This document shows positions 13,871 through 24,700 of a stretch of DNA of 64,000 nt, piece by piece. Source of the stretch: Phoronis australis (taxonomy: Eukaryota; Animalia; Phoronida). Made by a program: the position numbers and the translations under genes. The notes below the pieces were generated by a model that ran no database searches, had not been told where the DNA came from, and was given only the letters and a program-made list of their open reading frames with translations. The stretch spans positions 1,665,599 to 1,729,598 of the forward strand of contig NMRA01000026.1 in NCBI GenBank assembly GCA_002633005.1, in the 5' to 3' direction. Every line of letters starts with the position of its first letter. Positions within the stretch are counted from its first letter, which is position 1.

Positions 13871-15418
13871 CTGCCACTGGAGACAATTTCTTTATGACAC
13901 ACCACCTTGATTTCCACTACAAATGAAAGAAAAGTTCAAAACTAAACAGAGTTTAAGTTGTTGTATATATTTCTAGAAGGCAAACAACTCTCTGTTCTCT
14001 GGATATCAAGACTGCTGGGATGTCTTTTTGTTTAATAACCAGAAAGGTAGCGCATGAAGCAAATTTGCAAGGTTACTTCTGAGTACAAGCCTGAAGGCAG
14101 AGACAAAGGAAACGAAGAGGAAAAATGGCTATAATAACAGTTTTAGGGACTTCATTGTCCAACAAATATGGCTTCAAAAGGCTCAGTCACACATCTAGAC
14201 ACCATGTCCCTACACTTTTTGAATTCTGGAATCAAAATTAAAGTTCTTTACTTAGTGCTTCCTGGAAGTTACCAGAAATTGGAAATAAATGATATTCCCA
14301 TGCACTTGCCTTATTGGTTTACTCTCGTGTATTTGACTTTCCAAGCCAGTTACCAGATCACTCCTGAGACATTTTTGTTTTCACCCGAGATGTCCAAATG
14401 AACTTGTTTACATAACATAAAGCAATGTTTGAGGTCCATTCAACTCCTTACACTTTCATACCAATATCAGTAGATCACCCAAGGAGAATAGAAGCATGTA
14501 GACAACTGTGGGTTACATCAACCATTTCACAACAATACATATAAAAACTGATGTCAAGTATCGAATTTGTCATGAAAGCGGACGGGGAGGTTATGACTGT
14601 TCGGAATTTAAAAGTTTCAAGGCATGACACAAATAAATTTGCAAGTGCATGCTTGTATATACAGCTCTGCACCAACATTAACAATTTCCTTTGTATTTGT
14701 TAAGTAGTTGCAAACACAGGGGTTTGAATCTTGCACATGAAGTTTGTTTGGGTAAACTAAATACCCAATCCCTAATCCTCAAAAATCTAATTCCTATATG
14801 CTAAGCTTAATATCCACCCTCAGATTTTGAGTTTTTAGTCAGAGCCCTTGTAGCGCAAACTAAAATCTTAATCAACTGATGCCACACAACACTGGGTTAC
14901 TGATTGCTATGGCAACTTGACAGAATGAGTGGATATCAGTATTATCACTGGATATGCTCAGAGTTAATCCGTTAATCCCCGATTACCATGCGGTATTCAA
15001 TCACAAGCCAAATTGTAGCCTAGCCAAATTGGGGCTAGCTGTTCATTTCATGACACTGTCATTTGAAATTTACGATATTAAATGTCTTTTTAACTACAGT
15101 ACATATATTTCGACTGCAGTGTCATAACACCTCTCAAAACGAGCATTCATGCGATTACCTTGCTCACAGGCGACTTGTCACTTGACCTGTTTTGTTGAAT
15201 GTCTTGGCATGGTCAGAGAGGAGAGTAAACAAGGTCGAGGTCAAGCTCAAGGGAATTCCCAAAAAATAAAACCCTTAAGTGGAGCTTGAAAGAATTTTAT
15301 AGTCATTGCATGAAAAATAACTTTTTTAAGGGTTAAAACTCAAAAGAAACAAGCGGATTACCTTCTTTCCTTCTCTGTATTTAAGGGAGCCTTCAAGCAC
15401 GGTGTTCATCCCGGCCAT
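13871..15418 (-). CDS. DOK7: Dok-7-like adaptor, first two coding exons: 15418-15362 (MAGMNTVLEGSLKYREGKK) and 13916-13871 (WKSRWCVIKKLSPVA); gene presumably continues toward or beyond the window start
   Basis: Manual minus-strand translation. The 57-nt exon ends at a GTAATC donor. The 46-nt exon has a tttcatttgtag acceptor and a GTAAGG donor. The joined peptide closely matches the human DOK7 N-terminus MTEAALVEGQVKLRDGKK|WKSRWLVLRKPSPVA, with the same exon boundaries as I recall them (54 and 46 nt). Exon 3 was not located in the window. Confidence 0.85.
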
Positions 15419-15654
15419 GGTTTGGTCCCAAGTGTTTGAACTTTGCGGAGAGCATGACTTTAATTCACTTGATTGGCTCACACGACGACCTCTAACCTTT
15501 GACAAGCTGACCAGATTCACACTATTGTTGGATTACATGAAACAGTAATTCATTATCATCTAACCTCATTGTAACACACAAAATAGGTTATTAACAATTA
15601 TTTTTAAAACATTTTAATTTAATATTTATAAAATGTTATTTTTTTAAAATGCCA

Positions 15655-15740
15655 TGCACGTGTGACGTCGACGCCATGTTTGCTTGAAAACAGCTTGGCT
15701 GGTTTGTTAAATATCGTTCAATATTGCAAAAGGTGAGTTC
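15655..15740. promoter_or_regulatory. Putative DOK7-side promoter / divergent TSS region
   Basis: A CACGTG E-box, a TGACGTC CRE-like site and a CGCCATGTT YY1-like motif cluster about 250 bp upstream of the DOK7 ATG. A strong plus-strand donor AAG|GTGAGT lies at 15733. Confidence 0.35.
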
Positions 15741-15907
15741 ATTATTGATGTGTTTGTTACATAGGCTGTCTCCTTCTGTCATAATTATAGTCGAAATTTC
15801 CTAAAAATTCTGCGTGAATACGCAATGTTATCAAATGGTGAACGGTCTTCTGTTCAAAGTTTCGTTCGTCTTTGTGAATTCATGCCCATGCAGCCCATGC
15901 CTGGTAG

Positions 15908-17386
15908 TAGGGAGGACAACGTTTTTTTAATTTTTTTTACAATACCCATGTGTCATACATTTTTGAAAAGCCCTTGGTGTGAGAAATGAAATGGTGCAAA
16001 AATCAGAAAAATTGGATGAGCGGTTGACGAGAAAATGGCCGTTGAAACTCGACGATTATGCGTGAAATATCTGCCTTTTTACATAATTTCGTAAAAAATA
16101 AAAGAATATACATGTGCTGAATATAAAAAGATTCGTCTAATTGAGACAAACATGGTGGTGTGTATTATATAAAATTTGGATCGATTTCTACAGAGATATT
16201 GCCGTTTAAGTGTGTTGTTATAGCATACAACAGGCTCATCATGTTTGATGAAAACAATGGATTACACAGCTTAAAAGGTAAAGAGCAAAGACACCACATC
16301 ATCTCAGAAATAAATACATCTGAGCTAGGAGGAAATTTCACATCAAATCACAAGATCACATTGGTGGATGTGGGGGGGGGCAAGGGGGCCTGGCCCGTGG
16401 CTCCCCTAAAACTCCCGCATATTTCATTTGGCAGTTTGAGGGTGCAACCTTCTTACGGATAAAATCCTGCATAATACTCTGCCCTGCCACCCTCCTATCT
16501 AAAAATCCTAGATCTGCCCCTGAATACTACTACATGGGCAACACATCATTGCCTGACAGTGACAGGGGGCTGGGGGAGGCAAAAGCTCCCCACTTTTTTC
16601 AGTGCTGGGTGCCACCCATGTACTATTAGATCGTATCATGGCAAAAAAACATCAGAAAGTAGACAAAAGACCATTTGGGAAAACAAATCACTCTTAACAT
16701 AAAGGATTTCATCATTTACGCAACAAAAACTTTGTAACAACTTTATTTCGAACGGTGAAGTTGCGATGCCATTGAACTTCAACGTAGCCGATGGTGGCGC
16801 TTACATGCGGCGACTTAGTGAACTAACGACTGCTGTTTGAAAAGTGCCAATGCGCAGCAGTTTGACAGAATTTCTGAAAATGAAATAATTACCAATTAAA
16901 AGAGTGATAAATTCCTCATCTAAAAATCGGGGGGGCATATTGCGCAACTGGAAAAACATCAATCTCCCGACCGACCAAAATTAGGCCTTCCGGACGATCG
17001 AAAATTCGCCATGAAAACTTGGCCTTGACTTCGAGAAAACAACTTGAGGAGATGCGCACGCATCTAAACTACATCCTGTCCAAATTTCATGTTTGTATTT
17101 GAGAGTATAGTGCTCTTTTGGATAGGAGGAACAAGAGGTACTTTTTCGAAAGTTGATCGCATGGCGGAAAATCGTGCGCTAAAAAAAGCTTACAAAAAAT
17201 GATTTATCAGCGCTAATTTGAGACAAAAAGATTACAAACTTACAAATAAAGACTAAGGTAACGATTCATAACACAAAATTGTCTTATAGTTAACTTTGAA
17301 GTCTGAAATCGGGTAATTTACCGACGTGGGTTTTACACGGAGGCAGATATGGAGCACCGTGACCTACTTTTCGATTGTCCTCCCTA
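15908..17386. mobile_element. Non-autonomous DNA transposon, ~1.48 kb, 12-bp TIR, 7-bp TSD (hAT-like ends)
   Basis: Begins TAGGGAGGACAA and ends TTGTCCTCCCTA (perfect inverted repeat). CTGGTAG flanks both sides (15901-15907 and 17387-17393). No credible ORF. Contains a nested GC-rich repeat. Confidence 0.75.
16380..16522 (-). repeat. Dispersed GC-rich MITE-like repeat; a diverged second copy lies at ~46193-46345 (+)
   Basis: The reverse complement (caggggcagatctaggattttt...gggcagagtatta...actgccaaatgaaatatgcgggagttttagggg) aligns by eye with the 46193 copy (caggggcggatccagaattttg...gggcagaatatta...actgccaaaagaaatctgggagaattttagggg). Confidence 0.65.
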
Positions 17387-17730
17387 CTGGTAGGAATATT
17401 TTAACAACATGATTGATGAATCAGTTACTTATTTCATTGGTTACAATTCTTTTCATTGTTCTTGCCAACAGGTCCAAGTGCCTGGATCAGTTTGGCAGAT
17501 TGCTAAATTTCTCACTTAAACTGTCGCTCAAACCACGGCACGATACTGTCTACAATACTTTATAATGGTACAAAATTAGTAAAGAGAAAGGTCAAAGGTT
17601 AGGCAATTACTAGGCCCCTCCGTTGGCCATTTAGGGGCTACAATACTTCATTCGCTTTCTGTACGCATTTGGTTACATGTATTTTAAGAACAAGATAAGT
17701 TCAAATCTGCGCAAGATCGTACCCAGAAAC

Positions 17731-18075
17731 TAGGCAATGACCATCGCCTCTGTTGGCCCGAACCAGAGGCGATGTAGAGGCTATAGGCGCTCTGTACGCC
17801 GGAAGCTTTTCGGCGAATTATGCCTCGCACCGACTAAACCATCAAAGCCACGAAAAAGTTTCATAACGGGAGTATTTGTTCGAGTTGGAAGAACTTAAAC
17901 ACATCGACAACCTCCTAAGGTGTTCGTCTATGTGCAAAAGGTAGTTATAACAACGTGACTTTGATTGTTTAGTCGGTGCGAGGCATAATTCGCCGAAAAG
18001 CTTCCGGCGTACAGAGCGCCTATAGCCTCTACATCGCCTCTGGTTCGGGCCAACAGAGGCGATGGTCATTGCCTA
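17731..18075. mobile_element. MITE / foldback element, 345 bp, 122-bp TIRs, 9-bp TSD
   Basis: 17731-17852 is the reverse complement of 17954-18075, with only 2 mismatches near the inner ends. CCCAGAAAC is duplicated at 17722-17730 and 18076-18084. Confidence 0.92.
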
Positions 18076-18109
18076 CCCAGAAACATGAGAAAAATCCCTG
18101 GACGAACAC

Positions 18110-18210
18110 ACATATCGTAGTCACGTGACCATTGTTTTGAAGATCGTCTGCGTGTGTGAGTGAACGAGCACGTGCGTGTCATCAGCGTTCATTTGCCGAA
18201 GTAAACGCAA
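18110..18210 (+). promoter_or_regulatory. Putative CCAR1 promoter / non-coding first exon
   Basis: CpG-rich patch with a palindromic GTCACGTGAC E-box (18120-18129) and a second CACGTG. The first coding exon has an acceptor at 18758, so an upstream exon is needed. Confidence 0.4.
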
Positions 18211-18773
18211 TGTAGGCCTAACGATTTAGGTGTGCATTGTAACTAAAGAAATAACACATCAAGCAGTATCACGAGAACGTGTTTTATTTAGCACATGCTG
18301 ATCACATCTACTATTAAAACGTGCGAGAATTGTCTCGTTAGGGCCCAAGGCCGAATGCAGTCGCCAGGTGACTGGATGTGTGACAGTCTGAGTTATTTTC
18401 CGGGAGATTCGGGGGCGGAGGTGTCCACTAGACAGTGGGGCGTTTTATGAGGTATTTTACTTTAAAAACACCAGTAAAGCAATCCCTCTTAAAAATAACG
18501 CAACAGTTTTTACGGCATTAGAAACTTTCTGAAATTAGTGCCAATATTTATTTCTTGCCGATATGCTACCCGTAGTTTTATGGATAGTTCCTGAAGAGTA
18601 ATGTCTGCGAAGTGACAGGTATGCAGGCCTTCATCCAGGATTTTGAAAATAGGGTGTCCAAATTGACTGTATACAATTACAGAATAGTCCCTTATACTAA
18701 CTCTAACTTGGTTTTCACACTTGCCATTTCCTACATTGTTTTATTTCTTTTGCAATAGACAGTGACGTGACGT

Positions 18774-21700
18774 ATGGCTCAGTTTGGAGGTGCCAAGAAT
18801 CCTCCATGGGCGAGGGCCAGCGCAGAATACAGCATGGCAGCAGGATTGGGTCAAGCACCTGCTGGAATCTTGAACCAGCCAGGTGTCGCCTCTGTCTACA
18901 CTCTCAGCCAGACGGCTCCATCAGTCGGACAACCAGCCTACGCTGCACAACTAGCTGCCGTTGGGACACTCGGACCTGTAAGTCATTACCTGTATTTGTC
19001 TTAGATTGAAATAAATCAGTGTCAGTGCTTACTTTAACACCAACTCGCCAAATGCAGTTTGGCTAAAACCCGAGGTTGCCAAATGAAAACAGAGGTCACA
19101 AAAAGGTTCCCGCTATGGCGATGTTACTGTTATTGAAAACTATGCATACCTCTTCTGTTTCTTCCGTAAATATGTAGTTTACTTGGTATTGTGGTATACA
19201 TTACCCATACGCGACACATTGCCATGACAGACGATATAATGCTGCCGCTTTTTCCGTCATTCAACAGGGGTCCCTATGTCGACTCTCTGATCGCTTTAAA
19301 AATGTTTACCCTGTTCATAATTTGTTCGATAAGTTTCCAAGGTATATTTTAGTTTGCTTACTCTAACTCAGTCTAAATGAATTCGTCTTACCTACAGAGA
19401 ATGCAGATGATCGCAAATATTGGAGCTGCGTGCCTCTTGGTCAGATGTTGTCTGATTTGTGTCTAACAGTTACGACTTCGTCATCTGTTGTAGGTTGAGT
19501 GTGTGTTTGATATATGCTGACTGCTGAAGGTGGCAAATGTACTGTTTTCTCAACATAAACATAATTAAAACAATTATGAACCAAAGGTTGTGTGTTTATG
19601 AAAAAAAATGTTGTTAATTTATTGTTTGGAAGTCACCACAAAATATGGAGTAAATAATAAGTGAATTATTGTCCGACTTCGTTTGCTACTCGCTGTGGCG
19701 CCTTCCTTGCGATTTTGTATTTTTTTCAAGTTGCAAAATACAATCTGTCGTACTGGCAAGCTAATTGAGCCTTGATTGTGTAGTAAGGATTGAAACTAAT
19801 AAGAGAGCAGAGTTCATTTTTCTTTGCAAGTTGCATTTCCTGGCCCCTATTTCTTTTCAGTCACATTTCAGTGGTCATATATTGTGCGACTGGTCCTTGT
19901 TGATTAGTTTCATGATGACCATAGTAAAAGTACTTCACTTCATTCTAATTTTTCTTGGATCATTTCATTTCAGGCAGCAGCACTCCAGCAAGGTGCAGTG
20001 TTGGCCCAGGTAACACAGTTTCACAAACTACTTAATTTTATAACATTTTGTTAAAAACTATGCTCCTGTATGCCTTAACATCTGCCACCTACAATTAATG
20101 AACAAGTTGTACAATGTGGGTACCATAATTCTTCACCAATTTAGCCCACGCTGTTGGGCAGACACATGAAATTTTATTTTGTGAAGTTCCTCAACAAAAA
20201 TACAGATTAAGAAAAATTTTAGCAAATGTTGATTTCTGCTGACTGTGTGGCTGTCATAAAACAACATTGGGTAAAGCTTCCATTGTTTGTTGCTAGCTAA
20301 TTAGCCTTGAAAAACGGCAATTTTGACAAAACAGTTTTGTGCAACATAACTGAAGAATTACTGTAATTTGTAAGAAACCTCAATCTATCCGTTGTTTTCT
20401 GAATTTCCTTTACCCCACGTTGTCCCGTGGAATGTCCTCCATACTTATTTTCTTGTAGATGTGTGCGTATGTCCTTACTATAATGTAATTCAACACTACA
20501 CGTCTTACAGCCAGGAATAGCCCTGCCAACTAGCCTAGCCTCATCCAATCCTCAGATGGCTACAGTCAGCTACCCAACCCCCAGAGCTGCAGTGCCCACA
20601 GTCCAGCAGCCCAAACAAAGAGTCTTCACTGGCACTGTCACCAAGTTACATGACACATTTGGATTCGTTGACGAGGATGTGTTTTTCCAGACGTCGTAAG
20701 TTGAATAGGATTTGGAATAAACTAACGCATGTTTGTTTAGTTAATTGTCCAAGCAGACACAAATGGCAGATTTTTGTCTAGAACTCTTACATCCACCACA
20801 CACGGCCAATAAAGAACCTGAAAGTAAACTTGCACGCTGAACATTTTTGAATTGTGTAAAAATTACCTTTATCCAAGTGTAGCTCACTATGTACAGTTGC
20901 TCATTAATTAAAAATGGTATGCCATTAATCATGCATCTCTCTGTAAGCTCATACTCATTATTGCTTTTCTTCTCCCATTGTGGTTGTGTTTTATTATTTT
21001 GGTACTTCATCTCTTGCTAGGTCAGAATATTATACGCGTGGCCGACCAGCACCCTTTGAAATGATCCCTCTTCTGCAGTAAAGGTTATCAAAATCTGGTT
21101 AACTTCTGAATATCATATTGTCATGTGGTTGGTCATATTCAATTGAAAATTTCCGATATTGTGCTTTGTGCTCTGTTCTCAATACAGGGTTTGAGGAACT
21201 TCGGCATGAGAGGCTATCAAAGTTTGGATTTTTATGACAAAACTCAAAAATTTGGGAAACTAGGACAGTTTCTAAGATTTAAGTAAAATTTGGTCATGTT
21301 ATCGATACCGTAGTCTTAGTATGATTGTTCCATTCTTTTTGCTAAACTTTTCTAATGGGACATGGTCACTTCACCTAATTAATAGCACATTGTCTTGAAT
21401 CAAATTCTAGAGGGTCTCCACTTTCAGAAAATATATACTTCCACTCAGAGTTAAATTCTGTGATTTTGTAGATAATAGGCTTAATGTACATCTATTTGGA
21501 TAAAGTCTCAGATGACATTGAATGTTGCGCAGTTGTTCTCATTCTCCTGTCTATTTCTCAGCTGTGTGAAGGGCTCTCAGACTAAAGTGGGTGACCGTGT
21601 CTTGGTCGAGGCGTCCTACAACCCAAACATGCCGTTTAAGTGGAATGCCACCAGGATTCAAGTTCTGCCCAACCAGGTAACGTGAACTTGGTAGGCTGTT

Positions 21701-24700
21701 AAAGATAGGATCAAAATGACGCATTGTGGATTTAATAGATGATGTTGCAATTGATTGCATTACAAAAATTTTTGTTCAATGTAGTGATTTGCGTATTTTG
21801 ATTTTTCTGTACTTAGTTTCTCTTGGTTAGTATTTTGTGTCATCAATTTATTTTCATTCGATTTATATTCATTTAAGTTTAATATACCATCGTAAAATTT
21901 TTTCAATGATAACTCACTCAACATATGTCTAAAGAAACGGTAATCCATATAAATGTGTATGAATTTCTGAAGTATTTGTATTGCTGTTTGAAATTCCCAG
22001 ACTCCAATATATGTATGTAGATTGTACAGTTTTGTAACATTAAGTAGAACATTGGTATTTCAATTTCTGCTTGCTGATAAATTGTAGGCACTTGCAGTGT
22101 CAGTACATCAGAGTGTTATGTTCAGTAATGGTAGCCTCTTACATTACAATCACTTCTTGTGAACTTAGTTTTTCTTGCTAACTTCAGTGATATGTTCAGC
22201 ACTCTTTCTTAGTAATGTATGCATTCTACACAGGCTGCCGTACAGACTAGCCAGTTGCTGACCGGGCAGGTGCCAGTTCAACAAGCACCACAGCCCCTGA
22301 CCAAAGTTCCTCAACCTCTTGCTCCGGGCCTCACGGCTGCTGGACTCGCCCAACCACCCCCTCTTCTGGGACATCCCACTCCAGGTATGGTACTGTGGAC
22401 GGAGGTCAAGTTAATCAGAGAATCAAATCATTAAAATCCAACACTTGTGTTTTGTTTCGTAGACTTGGAATTAAGTTGCAATACTGAGTACTAAGTGTAG
22501 TCTAAAAGGATGACTTGTTAAAAAATATGCGTGTAAACTTTTTAGGGCAGTTTCAGTCTCAGCCAACTAGGCTTCTTCAGCAACCACCAAACCGTGACAA
22601 TCGAGAACGATTCGGGCGAGACCGTGACAACAGAGAACGCCACCGTGAAGTACGTGAACGCCGTTCGCCTGCCCCACGTCGACGGTCACGTTCTCCACGC
22701 AGACGCTCGCGTTCACCAAAGCGAGCTTCTCCCCGTCGCAGGGCCGCGAGAGTTGTGCCCAGATATGTGGTGCAAGTGCCAAAGATTAGTCTGGATATGT
22801 GAGTTTATGTTAATACTGTTTACTTAGTGTAAACATATTTTGTTTCTGATGTATGAGACAATAATGGACAAAATGTACATTGTGCACAAGTTGTATTCAA
22901 ATATGGATGTCATTCTTCTCAATTATACTTAAATGGTGGATAGTCTTTATTTTCGTGGAAGTGATGCAAGGCTTGCTCAGTCAGAACAAAGCAAAAAGCT
23001 GGGTATAAGGTTTCAGTGCTTTATCAAAATCAACAAGGTGAAGATGGTGAGACGCGTGAATATTTAATGGTAATTGTTAGGTAATAAAAAGGTTTGTTTC
23101 ACGTCCTGATGTTTACAGTGCATGTGAAATTCTGGGGTTCTGTCTCGCTACAAGTCTGTGGTGAATAGACTCCATTAGCTTTGTATGTCTCTGTTTGGGT
23201 ATCTCTTTCTCTTCATACGTAGGCCTACCCCACTGGTAGTTGCTATGTCCTGTAGTGGTCATATTGTTCACGTTGTCTATTGTATGTCACTATGTGGTCT
23301 CCTGTGCCATTTTATTTTAGGTTCATCTACATGTACTCAGCAGTCTGTAGCACACCCTTGACAAAGAGCGCATCGCTCGAAACGTGGGAATATTTTAATA
23401 TATTTTAGTACCGACACTCGTTGTTTTAGTTTTACTATTTTAAAATTGTATGGTGTGAATGACTGTACATTGGTATATGTGTGCGGATGTGTGAAGTGGA
23501 GAGGTTTTAGCAGCCTTGTAAAGCCTTGTTCATTCACTTTCGTTTCAGTAAGGAGGGCAATGTGATATGCCTGCGCTCGCGCTACCCCAACATGTACATC
23601 CCCAGTGACTTCTTCAACGCCGCGTTCAAGTGGACCGAGGCTTTCCCTATGCACCAGACATACCCACTAGGCAATGAAAGCATATTTCATGTCATGAGCA
23701 AGGAGGTAGAGACAACCGTACCAAACACAGCCGTCTACGAGCCTAGCGATGCCGATCACTTGTTCAGTGCAAAGGTAACCCTGTACAGTTATGCTAGCGA
23801 AACAAAAAAGTATGGCCTAGGGTTCACTATCAAAGAAGTTAAAATAATATTGCTTAGCAATAAAAAGCGTGCATGAAGTTGTTATTTTATTGTTGCATAT
23901 TGGCACATGCTTTGTGTGTAGCTTGATGACGCAGGTTACATCAAAATATATGTTAGTTGGTGTAATTGAAAATTGCGTTTTTGCAGCTCTGTATTTCAAG
24001 CACTTAAAGTTGAATCATTGGTAGATCATTAAATGCTTAGTGAAATGACCTCTGTGTGTGTATGTAACTAAATTTTGTTTATAACTATATGTGTTAACCT
24101 TTACCTGTCAGGTATTGCTGCCGGCCTGCCCGACTATGGACGACCTGTTTCATAAGTCGTGCGCCCTTGCTGAGGATGCCACTGAGGTACGCGACAACTT
24201 CCAGCATCCCACCAGGCTGATCAGCTTCTTGGTTGGTCTGCGCGGCAAGACAGAGCCCATGGCAATCGGAGGCCCGTGGTCACCATCGCTGGATGGAGAC
24301 AACCCAGCTGGGAATCCCAGAGTCCTTATCAACACAGCTATCCGCACGACAAAGGCGTTGACTGGCATTGACCTGAGTTGCTGTACACAATGGTATGGAT
24401 CTTGGGTCTTTTATGAACCTACTGAGAATTGAAGAACAAATGATGTTTAGAATAATTGGTCATCATAACCAGAAATGTTCATAGTCGCAGCATGCATTCC
24501 CAGACTGTGTGTTTTTGAAGTAATTTTTTGTTAGTTTTTGTTTGTATATTGTGTGCGTGTGTGTGGAAGTGTGGTTTACTGTCTCTGATGGGTGGTGAAT
24601 CTCTGTCCACCCTGGATTCTGTCGCCCATTGTACTAAATGATGATCTCTTCAACCCCTGGCAGGTATCGCTTTGCAGAGATCCGCTACCACCGCGCAGAG

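Noticed and set aside
17842-18069. 75-aa ORF in the MITE
   Set aside because: Lies within the inverted repeat; no recognisable domain.
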